The notes: generated from the letters alone by a model not told the origin. A DNA stretch of 64,000 nucleotides from Chlamydiota bacterium (GCA_031423235.1 JANPFC010000054.1:13691-77690); one strand, 5' to 3'. Numbered from the stretch's first letter, positions 17,910 to 27,358 are shown. Numbers and translations are program-made.

Positions 17910-19019
17910 CTATTTTTGGAAAGTGATCGTGTCTAAAACCGAATCGACGCCGTTGAGGACCGACCCCAAGCAATCAACCCCAAATGAGCTAGCATTGAGA
18001 ATTCCATTGGCAACACCTACGGTGGCTTTCGCCGTCAAGTTAACAGTTCCCTCAACGAGAGGAAAAACGACGTAGTTTAAAGTTTTATCTACTGCGCCGA
18101 CCATAGTTTTTCCGGTCCACAGCACAGAATTTCCAATACCCTCTGCTATGGATCCTCCTACATTGATCACCCCAATTGCAGCCGATTTAGCCAGAGGAAT
18201 TCTCGTAACAATTGCCGTACCAAGGCCAATTGCAGCCGATTGAGGAGCCGTTAAGCCAGCAGCAATAGCGGCAGCTCCTGCCCCTACTCCCAACAGGTTT
18301 TCAGCTCTCCGCAATGGAGGGTAAAGGACAGCGAGAGCTGCAGCGGTTCCTACCGCGCCAATAACTGGAACAGACTGTGTGAAGCCTGAAGTCAACAAGC
18401 CGGCTTCGGCTCCTACTAACAGAGCCAACGGCTTTTTCAGTGCTTCCAAAGGAAAGAAGAACTCGAAAGAGCTAAGTTCGGCGACCTTCTTTTCCAATCG
18501 ATCCACTTCAGATTGATTGCCTAAAGCCCTATACAGGGACATTAAAACTTTCAGAATGATTATTTGAAGGCTCGAGAAAAGCCATGTCTTATTTAAAGCA
18601 GTTTCTTCAATCTCCTTCAGCGCGGCTGTATCGAGGTTTGCCATTTTCATTTTATCCGCGACTTTTTGGACTGCGATTTGAGATTGTAGTGAGCCGCATG
18701 TACCGATGGCCCCAACAAAATCGTTAGCTTCAATTTCACGGTCTAGAATCATATTTAACGCATCCGTTTTACCAAGAAACATGTCGTTGGCAGCACGTTT
18801 TGCACCGTCGAGATCGCCCTTGCCCAGGCATACAATAACTATTTTCTTAAGAGCTGCATCTCGATCAAAACCAACAAAGATCCTATTGGCTGCCTGCCTT
18901 GCCCCATTGATATCATTTTTCTCAATCCTCTTATCAATGATTTTCTTTAAAGCATCATTATCATCGAAAAAGCTATGGAACATTGGAAATTCAGACCGAA
19001 ATGCTGGAGAGGAAAACAT
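17910..19019 (-). CDS. Hypothetical protein: N-terminal ~35-aa helical repeats plus Gly/Ala-rich hydrophobic C-terminal half
   Basis: Repeats of the form D..GA..AAN..F.G.D.AL..I. The C-terminal region is rich in small-xxx-small (glycine-zipper-like) stretches. Confidence 0.6.
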   Translation of the reverse strand: MFSSPAFRSEFPMFHSFFDDNDALKKIIDKRIEKNDINGARQAANRIFVGFDRDAALKKIVIVCLGKGDLDGAKRAANDMFLGKTDALNMILDREIEANDFVGAIGTCGSLQSQIAVQKVADKMKMANLDTAALKEIEETALNKTWLFSSLQIIILKVLMSLYRALGNQSEVDRLEKKVAELSSFEFFFPLEALKKPLALLVGAEAGLLTSGFTQSVPVIGAVGTAAALAVLYPPLRRAENLLGVGAGAAAIAAGLTAPQSAAIGLGTAIVTRIPLAKSAAIGVINVGGSIAEGIGNSVLWTGKTMVGAVDKTLNYVVFPLVEGTVNLTAKATVGVANGILNASSFGVDCLGSVLNGVDSVLDTITFQK

Positions 19020-19196
19020 AATACCACCTTATTTTTCCACCAATTTTAAACTAACGACAAATAAAAACACACAACATAAACTATTAATAATTACTAATTA
19101 CATTTTTATTTTACAAATAAACACCTATCAAAAAAAGATAGGTCTTAGACGAGCCCTATGCTATATTGGGACCAACCGTTTAACAGGTGAGTTTTT

Positions 19197-19313
19197 ATGA
19201 CAAAAGAAGTAATCAAGCACAGCAAAGAAGAGAGAAAAAAACCGACTCTTACTCCAAAAGAGAAGAAGGCGAAAAAGGCAGAAAAGAAGCTGAGCAAAAA
19301 CTCAAAACCTTAA
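19197..19313 (+). CDS. Candidate 38-aa Lys-rich small protein (below ORF-track cut-off)
   Basis: ATG at 19197 is preceded by AGGTGA (19183-19188). Product is MTKEVIKHSKEERKKPTLTPKEKKAKKAEKKLSKNSKP. Its stop overlaps the stop of the convergent gene. Confidence 0.3.
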   Translation: MTKEVIKHSKEERKKPTLTPKEKKAKKAEKKLSKNSKP

Positions 19314-20110
19314 TTCACTGAAATCGTCTGCTTAACGTCGTTGAACATGCCGGGGACTAGCTTGTTTGCCTCATCGAGGAGTTCAAGCCGGATTGTGTGG
19401 CGGCCGCTTTTTAGCCCGTACAGATAGTAGGGTTGCCAAGAAGTGAGCGTTCGGATCACCTTCCCGTCTACTGTGAGGCGTACTTTATAGCCATCAGGAC
19501 TAAGCTCGGCGTTGCTCACATAAAAGTCGAGCAGCACGGGCTTGTCCGCCCTTAGAGGCATTTGATCGCTCGGCTCATTGTAAGTGATGTAGGGCTGAGA
19601 GAGATCCATAGATGGGTTATTTTTCTCGCTGCCCACGAAGAAGCTGATGGCAGCAAAAGTGTTATCCCCTTTCAGGCTTTCGCCGAATGAACGTGCCGGG
19701 AACATCCGGATCGTGTGCATCCCTGAGCTGAGATTGAAGGGAACTTCGAATTTGTAGCTCATATCGTAATAGTAGCCCCCGTCATCAAATGGATCGAGTG
19801 CAGGCTCATTGATAGGAAAATAGGGGTGGTTATCAATCACAACATGAACAGTCTGACCCATTTTGGTCTGTACGATCTCGGAGGCCCGCTCAAACTGCGA
19901 GGCGGCGCCTAATGCATACCCATCGATCCTGAATTGAATCCAAGTTGGGCTGCCAACCACCTGTCCATTCTTGGGAACTGCGATTTTCAGGACAATCGTG
20001 CTAGACTCAGGGGTTCGAGCCACTCCCATTATCCGGATATTAGGGTCCACAGGTTCAGGAGTTTTGGCAGCAATCATTGCAAATAGCAGGCTGGCTAATA
20101 GGACGTACAT
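19310..20110 (-). CDS. Exported hypothetical protein
   Basis: ATG at 20110 is preceded by GGAGAG and gives the signal peptide MYVLLASLLFAMIAA. The ORF-track start at 20161 lacks an RBS. Confidence 0.65.
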   Translation of the reverse strand: MYVLLASLLFAMIAAKTPEPVDPNIRIMGVARTPESSTIVLKIAVPKNGQVVGSPTWIQFRIDGYALGAASQFERASEIVQTKMGQTVHVVIDNHPYFPINEPALDPFDDGGYYYDMSYKFEVPFNLSSGMHTIRMFPARSFGESLKGDNTFAAISFFVGSEKNNPSMDLSQPYITYNEPSDQMPLRADKPVLLDFYVSNAELSPDGYKVRLTVDGKVIRTLTSWQPYYLYGLKSGRHTIRLELLDEANKLVPGMFNDVKQTISVN

Positions 20111-20162
20111 GGTTCTCTCCGCTAGATTCAGTCTAATATCCTCTTCCCTTAATTTTTGCAAA

Positions 20163-20325
20163 GAGCTTGTGAAAGAATTGGCAACTCTGCTGATCTTTGA
20201 AAGATTTTTCGCTTTGCTTGCATCGAACTTAATTCAGTAAACATTCCATGTTACTGAGTTAAGTTCGATGCAAGCAAAGCAAAAAGATTCAAAAAGCAGC
20301 CAGTTGACGATTCTTTCACAAGCTC
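20163..20325. repeat. Palindromic element B (~163 bp, ~78-bp imperfect arms, 10-nt loop)
   Basis: Left arm 20163-20240 and right arm 20251-20325 are near reverse complements (gagcttgtgaaagaat...catcgaacttaa.tcagtaa). Lies in a divergent intergenic region. Confidence 0.9.
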
Positions 20326-20364
20326 AAACTTGCAAGAAAATAGGGTCCTTGGTTAGATCAAGGA

Positions 20365-20841
20365 ATGAACTCAAAGAAATTTTTCGACTTCCTCCTCGTT
20401 TTCGGCACAGCCCTTTTCATGCTTGGAGTCCTCTTGTTTTTCAAACAGGGCGAGATTCCCCTCATGTCGGCAAACCACCATGCAGGCCTTGTTGCGCAAA
20501 ACACCAACACCTACCTTGGCCCTAGCCAAAAGATCCCAGGCAATCCGCAACTCGTTCGGGTGCAGATCTTAGTGTATAATGATCCGAATCCGAAAGGGGT
20601 TACGATCGACAGCGCCGATTTCGATGGAACGGATATTCCGCTCAAACCGCGCGATATCTATGGATTTCGTGGCCAGGCGAGCTTTCAGAAGTCTCCTGGC
20701 AAGTACAAGCTCCGTTGGGAAGTGGAGAGGGATCAGAAGAGCTGGCCTCGATCGGTGACGCATGAAGAGGAAGTGATCCTTGATGCGCGCGATCTTTGGA
20801 TTCAGATCACCATCACAGGCGACAAAGCCGAAATCTCCTAG
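20365..20841 (+). CDS. Hypothetical N-terminally membrane-anchored protein
   Basis: 158 aa with TM segment FFDFLLVFGTALFMLGVLLFF. No motif recognised. Confidence 0.55.
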   Translation: MNSKKFFDFLLVFGTALFMLGVLLFFKQGEIPLMSANHHAGLVAQNTNTYLGPSQKIPGNPQLVRVQILVYNDPNPKGVTIDSADFDGTDIPLKPRDIYGFRGQASFQKSPGKYKLRWEVERDQKSWPRSVTHEEEVILDARDLWIQITITGDKAEIS

Positions 20842-20850
20842 ATATTGCCG

Positions 20851-21444
20851 CCATTACACATTTTACAGGATTCGCATCGCATTCGCGAAGCTTGCAGGAT
20901 GTCCTCTCGCAAGCGAGAGGGCAGGATGCGCGAGGCGCGCTTACAGGATTTGGGGATGCCCCATACCCCAAACAATGGGCCCATTTTTTGCTGACGCAAA
21001 AAAGCTTACCGGATAGAGAAATTTCTTCTTCAAGCCAATCTATTTCAGACAACTCCCATCTAGCTCGCTTGAGAAGAAACTTCTCCACCGGACGCCTTGA
21101 ACTTCGTTCAAGTAAGGGCCCTTCTACCGTGTAAGCATGACCGCTACTTTCGGCGATGTGGCCCCGCTTTCAGATCTGCGGGGCCCTGACTTGAACGAAG
21201 TTCAAGGCGTAGGCGATGATTTTTTTTTCTCAAGCCAGGTGGATGAGAGGTTGCTAACTAAGTGGGCTTGAAGGAAAAAAATGAGTTCGCCGAACGCTTT
21301 TTTGCGTTAGCAAAAAATGGGCCCTTTGTTTGGGGTATGGGGCATCCCCAAATCCTGTAAGCGCGCCTCGCGCATCCTGCCCTCTCGCTTGCGAGAGGAT
21401 TATCCTGTAAGCGCGTTTCGCGCATCCTGTAAAAGGTGTATTGG
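20851..21444. repeat. Palindromic element C: ~590-bp near-complete palindrome (two inverted ~290-bp halves)
   Basis: Arms 20861-21005 and 21296-21434 are near-perfect reverse complements. Inner inverted repeat is 21093-21121 / 21180-21209. Each arm carries several local hairpins, e.g. cctctcgc-aa-gcgagagg. Fills a convergent intergenic gap. Confidence 0.9.
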
Positions 21445-21468
21445 CCTCAACAAAGCTGGCCCTCATTT

Positions 21469-22311
21469 TTAAGACTGGGAAATCCACTCGGCGATCTGGT
21501 CGGTCACGCGCCGCGAATAAAGCATGCTTGCATGTCCTAGATCTTCGTAAATATAGTGGTTGTTTTGCTTGATCACTGCAGAATGGCCCGGCACAACAAG
21601 CTGATCGCTCTTCGTTGCAATGTGGTGGAACCGAATATCTCTACTATCTGCTATGCCTGCGCGTAATTCTTGCAGTAGGTCTGAGTTCGGCTGCATCTCG
21701 CGAGCATTCGGGCCGAGGCCTATGTGCGCCACCGGCGTGCCATTGAGAGGAGAGGCAATTGTAATGACATCGGTAACTGTACCGCGGGGAGCAAGCTTTG
21801 CAGCGTACCACGAACTGACAAGTCCGCCCATAGAATGGCCGATCAGGATGAGATCTTTTCTACCCGTGGCTTTCGCAATCTGCTCCGCTTTCACTTTGAC
21901 TTTCTCTCCGTATTCGCGGATCGATTTAAACGGATGGCCCAAACTGATCGTGTATACAGGGCCGAGTCCAAGCGACTCGAGCCTCTTTTTCGGAAATCGC
22001 CAAACAGTGCTGTGATTCATGTATCCGTGTACGAGTAAGATCGGCTGCCCGTTTCCATGAACTGTTTCTCGAGTGGGAATAAATCGCATCGCCGCAACGC
22101 CTAAAAATGCGGGCACTTCGAACGTCATAGCGTGCGTCCAGTGGATGAGGCGGGAAAATGGCAAGCGGGGCGCAGCTAAATTGAGAAGCTGAATTCCTCC
22201 AAGCCAAGAGAAGGCAATCACTCCAATGGGGAATGCTTCGGTGTATGCAAATAGCGCAGCTAGCGTTAGAAATAAACCAGCTGTAAATGGAACCTTGTTA
22301 ACTTGCTTCAT
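21469..22311 (-). CDS. Alpha/beta-hydrolase, lipase/esterase-like, N-terminally membrane-anchored
   Basis: Nucleophile elbow GHSMGG (LILIGHSMGGLVSSWY) and oxyanion-type LVHGY. Two N-terminal hydrophobic segments. Confidence 0.8.
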   Translation of the reverse strand: MKQVNKVPFTAGLFLTLAALFAYTEAFPIGVIAFSWLGGIQLLNLAAPRLPFSRLIHWTHAMTFEVPAFLGVAAMRFIPTRETVHGNGQPILLVHGYMNHSTVWRFPKKRLESLGLGPVYTISLGHPFKSIREYGEKVKVKAEQIAKATGRKDLILIGHSMGGLVSSWYAAKLAPRGTVTDVITIASPLNGTPVAHIGLGPNAREMQPNSDLLQELRAGIADSRDIRFHHIATKSDQLVVPGHSAVIKQNNHYIYEDLGHASMLYSRRVTDQIAEWISQS

Positions 22312-22356
22312 AAGAATTTGGATGATAGCATCAAAATTTTAATGGAGGCAAGATTT

Positions 22357-23322
22357 ATGCAGAAGTCACTGCTAGTTGGAATCGATATCGGAGGAACAAA
22401 AATTTGCGTCTGCATTGGCGATCATGAGGGAAAAATCTTAGCTTCGAAACGGCTCCTCACTCAACCGTTGAAGGGATCGAAAAATGGTCTGAAGGCCATT
22501 GCAGATCTCATTCGGGAAATACTTTTGGAAGAAAAAATCGATTTAAATCAGATCGGAGCCATCGGAATTTCTTCGCCCGGCCCCATCTCAACCAAAGAGG
22601 GGAAAATGCTGAAGCCGCCCAATCTTCCAGGTTGGGAAAACGCCCCTCTAGTTCAATACTTCAGAGATGCATTCCACAAAAAAGTGGTGATGAATAACGA
22701 TGCGAACGCAGCTGGAGTTGCCGAATTTCAATTCGGCGCATCTAAGGGGACTCCCAATTTGATCTATCTTACATGCAGCACAGGAATGGGCGGCGGCGCG
22801 ATTGTCAATGGAGTGCTCCTGCAGGGCATTTCCGACACTGCAGCCGAAGTGGGCCACTATGTCCTCGATATCAATGGCCCTGCTTGTCCATGCGGCCAAA
22901 AAGGGTGTTTCGAAGCCTATTGCGGAGGGGCCGCCCTTGCAAAGAAAATGCAAGAGGAGATCCTTCGCGATCATATCAAAACCGACATCCTCGTCGAAGC
23001 GAATGGGGACATCAACCATGTCGATGCTGCTTGCCTAGTCAATGCGGTGAAAAAAAAGGACAAATACGCCCTTAAAATATGGGATGAATTCATCATGCGG
23101 CTCGCCCAGGGAATTGGCGTTGTGCTGATGAACTTCAACCCTGAAGTGATCATTCTGGGTACGATCGCAATCCACGCAGGGCCCCTTTTACTCGAGCCCT
23201 TGAAAAAGCAGCTTCCCCGATTTGCGTGGAAAGAGAACATAAACGCCTGCCGGATTGAGGCAAGCGGCATTGGCGACAGGATCAGCGAACTCAGCGGTCT
23301 GGCCCTAGCCAAATCTACTTAA
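22357..23322 (+). CDS. glk: ROK-family glucokinase
   Basis: ATG at 22357 follows GGAGG. Contains LLVGIDIGGTK, the ATPase fold, and the ROK zinc motif GHYVLDINGPACPCGQKGCFEAYCGG. Confidence 0.85.
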   Translation: MQKSLLVGIDIGGTKICVCIGDHEGKILASKRLLTQPLKGSKNGLKAIADLIREILLEEKIDLNQIGAIGISSPGPISTKEGKMLKPPNLPGWENAPLVQYFRDAFHKKVVMNNDANAAGVAEFQFGASKGTPNLIYLTCSTGMGGGAIVNGVLLQGISDTAAEVGHYVLDINGPACPCGQKGCFEAYCGGAALAKKMQEEILRDHIKTDILVEANGDINHVDAACLVNAVKKKDKYALKIWDEFIMRLAQGIGVVLMNFNPEVIILGTIAIHAGPLLLEPLKKQLPRFAWKENINACRIEASGIGDRISELSGLALAKST

Positions 23323-23977
23323 TGTGCTTCTCTCCATATGACCGGTCGCCGGCATCGCCGAGACCTGGAATGATGTAGCCTTTGCTATTGAGCATCGGAT
23401 CAACCGCAGCAGCGAAGATCTTGATTGAGGGATCGTATTCTAATAGACGGGCAATTCCCGGTTCAGACGCGATGGCGGCTACTACGAAGATCCGCTTTGG
23501 ATGATACTGTTCTATAATCTGGATCGCATCGAGTAAAGAGCCGCCGGTGGCGAGCATAGTGTCTGAGAGAATTACGGACCGATTTTCCAACTTTGGAAGC
23601 GAGATGTAATCTATTTTCGCCTTAAGAGTCTCTTCATCGCGCGACATGGCGAAGAAGCCAACTTCAGAATTTGGAAAGATCTTGTGGATGCCCGCATTCA
23701 GTGGAAGACCAGCTCTCAGAATTGTGACTAAGGCGGGTTTTTCAGCAAGGAGAGGATGTTTCGCTACAGCTCCAGTGAGAGTTTCAATCTCTGCTTCTTC
23801 CGAATTCAGTTCTTCGAGGATATCGAGGGCCAAATATTCGCCGATTTTTTCGAGAGCATCGCGAAAGTGTTTTTGATCTGTTTGAGGATTCCGAATTTCA
23901 TAGACCAATTGATGCAGCGCTTGCGGCTGAGCAAATAGCGCACCGCATGAGAAAACAAGAACAAGAATTTTTTTCAT
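23315..23977 (-). CDS. upp: Uracil phosphoribosyltransferase
   Basis: PRPP-binding loop ILSDTMLATGGS, ILRAGL, and uracil-binding C-terminus GYIIPGLGDAGDRSYG. Confidence 0.9.
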   Translation of the reverse strand: MKKILVLVFSCGALFAQPQALHQLVYEIRNPQTDQKHFRDALEKIGEYLALDILEELNSEEAEIETLTGAVAKHPLLAEKPALVTILRAGLPLNAGIHKIFPNSEVGFFAMSRDEETLKAKIDYISLPKLENRSVILSDTMLATGGSLLDAIQIIEQYHPKRIFVVAAIASEPGIARLLEYDPSIKIFAAAVDPMLNSKGYIIPGLGDAGDRSYGEKHIK

Positions 23978-24047
23978 AGCTACCCTCTGTTGAGTGGTAG
24001 CATGTTATGGAAAGCAGTGAATTTCAGGCGAGAAAATTTACACTCTC

Positions 24048-24980
24048 CTAAGGGAGACGGACTCTGAGCGTCTGGCATTTTCCGTGTATATCAATCGACT
24101 TGCACGCCGCCGGCACAAGATACGTCATCCCCGCGTGAAATGGCTCCACATGAGAATCTACGCTAATCGTCCCCTCCCCTTCCATGCAGAAAAAGAGCTG
24201 GAATGACTTTGGAATCCGGGCCAAATGTAGGTCATTAAACACATCGATCCGTTCGACAATGAAATAGGGTCCCGAGACCAATGTGACAAGCTGGTGATGG
24301 AGATCGCTGCTCACATGTTTTGGAGCCACCTTGGAGTGGCTCTTGTCATCCCAACGAATTGAGGCAAGGCCTTCCACGAGGTGCAATTCGCGCGCTCTGC
24401 CCCAGTCGTAGAGCCGGTAGGTTGTATTGGAATTTTGCTGCACCTCATAGATCAGCGCTCCTGCGCAAATAGCATGAACCCGGCCGCCTGGAATATTGAC
24501 CGCTTCTCCCTTTTTAAGATCTAGTTTGTCGAGTAGATCTTCGGCCTTCTTCCCCTTGATGCCCTTTTTCAGCTCTGCTTCATCCACTTCCGGCTTTATC
24601 CCAGCATACACAGAGCCTTCATCGAGCATCACCCACATCTCATCTTTCGGCTCGCCCTTAAGTTTGACGGCAGTCGTCTCGTCAGGATGAACTTGAATAC
24701 TGAGATTTTCTTTCGCATCGATAATCTTGGCAAGGATCGGAAACCGAGTCCCTGTTTGTCCCGCTCCGAGGAGATCTTCCCCCATCTCAAGGACCAGTTC
24801 GTGGAGCGTCTTCCCCTTTAAGGGGCCGTTCATCACAACGCTCATTCCATCGGAGCGGTCGGAAACTTCCCAGCTCTCCGCCACCTTGGGCAGATCGATT
24901 TTTCGATGGAACTTTTTAGCGATCCGGTCCCCTCCCCACACGTAAGTTTGGTAAATCGGTTCAAATCGAATGGGGTACAT
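24048..24980 (-). CDS. manA: Type I mannose-6-phosphate isomerase (cupin)
   Basis: 310 aa. YVWGG near the N-terminus, metal-site block LSIQVHPDE, and a later HAI-type block (GRVHAICAG). Confidence 0.8.
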   Translation of the reverse strand: MYPIRFEPIYQTYVWGGDRIAKKFHRKIDLPKVAESWEVSDRSDGMSVVMNGPLKGKTLHELVLEMGEDLLGAGQTGTRFPILAKIIDAKENLSIQVHPDETTAVKLKGEPKDEMWVMLDEGSVYAGIKPEVDEAELKKGIKGKKAEDLLDKLDLKKGEAVNIPGGRVHAICAGALIYEVQQNSNTTYRLYDWGRARELHLVEGLASIRWDDKSHSKVAPKHVSSDLHHQLVTLVSGPYFIVERIDVFNDLHLARIPKSFQLFFCMEGEGTISVDSHVEPFHAGMTYLVPAACKSIDIHGKCQTLRVRLP

Positions 24981-26259
24981 GGCGGATCCCTATGTTAGCA
25001 GGTGTTGATTCAATAGCTTTTCTAAATTGGTCCAACGTATTTTCAAATGCAGCAAGAGATTTAGAATCAATGTGAGGAAACTGATTTTCCCCCTTCGATT
25101 CAAGAGTTTCAATACATTCGGAGATTTTCATTTCAGGCGTATGATGGGCAGGCACATATCCGCCTCTGGTTTCATGGAGAAGCTCGCAATCAACCAGCTC
25201 TTGCAAGAGCTGTCTGCTTAAGGATGCCGGAATCTGGTAGCCTTTTGAGAGGATCTCTAGAGATAGATACCCTTTTTTAACGGCTAAATGAATAATCCAG
25301 AGGCTGAGGAGCCTTTTAAAACTGTAGCTCATCCTCGTCGCAAATCCTTCGAATTCATGCTCCTCAAGCGTTTGGTGGGCGCAGCTAACCTCCGCTCCGA
25401 GGAGGATGAGAAACCAACTGACCTGAATCCAAATGAGAAATAGAGGCAAGGCAGCCATGCTTCCATAAATGGCCCCATAACGGTTTACCCCAATCTGAAA
25501 GTAGATATATCCCCACTGGACAATCAGATAGAGCCAGCCAGCAAAGAGTCCCGCGAGCGCGGCAGAGCGGAAACGGACATGGGTATTGGGCATGACGAAA
25601 TAAAGAAAGGTGAAAAGGAGCCAAAAAAGACCGTAAGGAACTAAATTGACAAGGAACAAGAGCCAGCTAACCGCCCAGCCAGATATAGGAAGGACCCGAA
25701 TCCCGATCTCCAAATACTCGACGATAAATACTGCCATGCTGCTAGCAACAACAAAAAGGATCGGCCCAATCAGCATCAAGGCAAAGTAATCGCTGATAAT
25801 CCGTTTCCAGGAGCGGAGGTTTTTCACTCCCCAGATCTGATTGAGAATTCCTTCTAAATTACTCAGTAGCAGTGCGACAGTTAAAAAGAGGATGACAAGG
25901 CCCACTCCTGCAATGACCCCTCCCCTCGCCTGCTCAAGAAAGGAGTCGGCGTACTTAAAGATCTCAACGAGAGCTGTGTTCTGATCGGGAAACCTCTCTA
26001 AAAGCTCAGATCTCAGCGTGTCGTGATACCCAAAGCCGCGTGCAACTGCAAACGCCATAGCGATGACCGGCACAATCGACATGACCGTATAGTAAGTTAA
26101 GGAAGATGCACTTAAGCTGCACTTATCTTGGTAAAATCCGCGGAGGGAAAGATAGGTAATGCGGAGCCACTTGAGCCCAAATCTCCGAAAGCCCTTCTCC
26201 TGGCTTAAAGGAAAATTCCAAAGAGTCTCGGAGAAGTAGTGTTTAATTTTTTGCAGCAT
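24961..26259 (-). CDS. YihY/BrkB-family membrane protein with C-terminal soluble extension
   Basis: LSASSLTYYTVMSIVPVIAM, YGSMAALPLFLIWIQVSWFLILLGAE and 6 TM helices are typical of YihY (ribonuclease-BN-like annotation). Confidence 0.75.
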   Translation of the reverse strand: MLQKIKHYFSETLWNFPLSQEKGFRRFGLKWLRITYLSLRGFYQDKCSLSASSLTYYTVMSIVPVIAMAFAVARGFGYHDTLRSELLERFPDQNTALVEIFKYADSFLEQARGGVIAGVGLVILFLTVALLLSNLEGILNQIWGVKNLRSWKRIISDYFALMLIGPILFVVASSMAVFIVEYLEIGIRVLPISGWAVSWLLFLVNLVPYGLFWLLFTFLYFVMPNTHVRFRSAALAGLFAGWLYLIVQWGYIYFQIGVNRYGAIYGSMAALPLFLIWIQVSWFLILLGAEVSCAHQTLEEHEFEGFATRMSYSFKRLLSLWIIHLAVKKGYLSLEILSKGYQIPASLSRQLLQELVDCELLHETRGGYVPAHHTPEMKISECIETLESKGENQFPHIDSKSLAAFENTLDQFRKAIESTPANIGIRHVPHSI

Positions 26260-26276
26260 TTACTTAAGATTAGCAA

Positions 26277-26906
26277 ATGATGGATTTTAAAAACCGGAAA
26301 GTTGCAGGGCAAATGCTTGCGGCTGCTTTAGAGAAATATAAAGAGGCCCCGAAAACAATTGCGATCGGCCTGCCGCGCGGCGGAGTGGTCGTTGCAGCGG
26401 AAGTCGCTAAAGCTCTTCATATTCCGCTCGACATCATCGTCCCGCGGAAAATTGGAGCCCCTTACAATGAAGAACTTGCCATTGGCGCAATCGCAGGCGA
26501 TGTGGTTTGGATCGACCAAGCTATCGCCCTAAGCGCCGGCGCCACACCTGGCTACATCGAACGAACCATTGAGAAAGAAAAACGGGAGGCCGAAAGACGC
26601 CTTGCTCTCTACCGGAAAGGAAAACCCCCTCAACATTTTTCAGGATATACCGTTATCCTAATCGATGACGGGATCGCTACAGGCTCTACGATGCGGGCCT
26701 CAATCGCTTACATGAAAAAAAATAGGGTGGACAAGATCGTACTAGCCGTGCCGGTCGCTCCTCCCGATACACTCGCCGCCCTTAATGCTGAGGTTGATGA
26801 ATCCATATGCCTATATTCCCCAGAATCATTCATGGCCGTCGGCCAATTCTACGCCAGCTTTCCCCAAACTGAAGACAGCGAAGTGATCGCCCTCTTATCG
26901 GAATAG
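26277..26906 (+). CDS. Phosphoribosyltransferase-domain protein
   Basis: PRPP-binding motif VILIDDGIATGSTM and N-terminal GLPRGGVVVA. Confidence 0.8.
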   Translation: MMDFKNRKVAGQMLAAALEKYKEAPKTIAIGLPRGGVVVAAEVAKALHIPLDIIVPRKIGAPYNEELAIGAIAGDVVWIDQAIALSAGATPGYIERTIEKEKREAERRLALYRKGKPPQHFSGYTVILIDDGIATGSTMRASIAYMKKNRVDKIVLAVPVAPPDTLAALNAEVDESICLYSPESFMAVGQFYASFPQTEDSEVIALLSE

Positions 26907-26968
26907 TTATTTCATCCTAGTTTATATAAATGTGATAAAATGGAGATGTAATAATATGAGGTTATAAG

Positions 26969-27358
26969 ATGGCAACACAAATAAGCTCTTGGCAAGAATT
27001 ACTGACTATTTTAGGCGAGATGGAAATGCAGCAGAATAATCCATCCGATATGGCAGGCTATGGCTCAAACCCTGTTGAAGACATTGAAGAACAGTTAAAG
27101 AGCGCAAATACAAATTGGAATAAAATTTCGGAAGATCTCGACCAGCTGCAAGGTGAAATGAACCAGATGATTCAAATCGCCACAGCCGGCAAGCTTTTCC
27201 CAGCGAGCGATCCAAACTTCATTAAAGACCTATTGGAGCCAACAGCTGCGTTGATTGGGACTTTGAAAAGTGAAATGGGAACTCCCAATTTTGCTTCGAA
27301 CTTCAAACTTTTTCTTGATGATCTTGGGTATATCAAGCAAGATATCCTTCAAGGATAG
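26969..27358 (+). CDS. Small acidic hypothetical protein
   Basis: 129-aa ORF abutting the next gene (stop 27358, ATG 27359). No motif recognised. Confidence 0.5.
   Translation: MATQISSWQELLTILGEMEMQQNNPSDMAGYGSNPVEDIEEQLKSANTNWNKISEDLDQLQGEMNQMIQIATAGKLFPASDPNFIKDLLEPTAALIGTLKSEMGTPNFASNFKLFLDDLGYIKQDILQG

Noticed and set aside
20780-21487. Several 77-112-aa ORFs inside palindromic element C (20780..21016, 20796..21134, 20813..21088, 21254..21487)
   Set aside because: They are generated by the inverted-repeat symmetry. The same peptide (QARGQDARGALTGFGDAPYPKQ.AHFLLTQKS) appears on both strands. They have no RBS and a non-coding-like composition.
23915-23977. Apparent signal peptide/lipobox (MKKILVLVFSCGALFAQPQA) on uracil phosphoribosyltransferase
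   Set aside because: By-eye alignment with canonical Upp N-termini (K.Y.F.HPL..HKL) suggests that much of this hydrophobic stretch replaces the native first beta strand. It is insufficient to claim export of a cytoplasmic enzyme.
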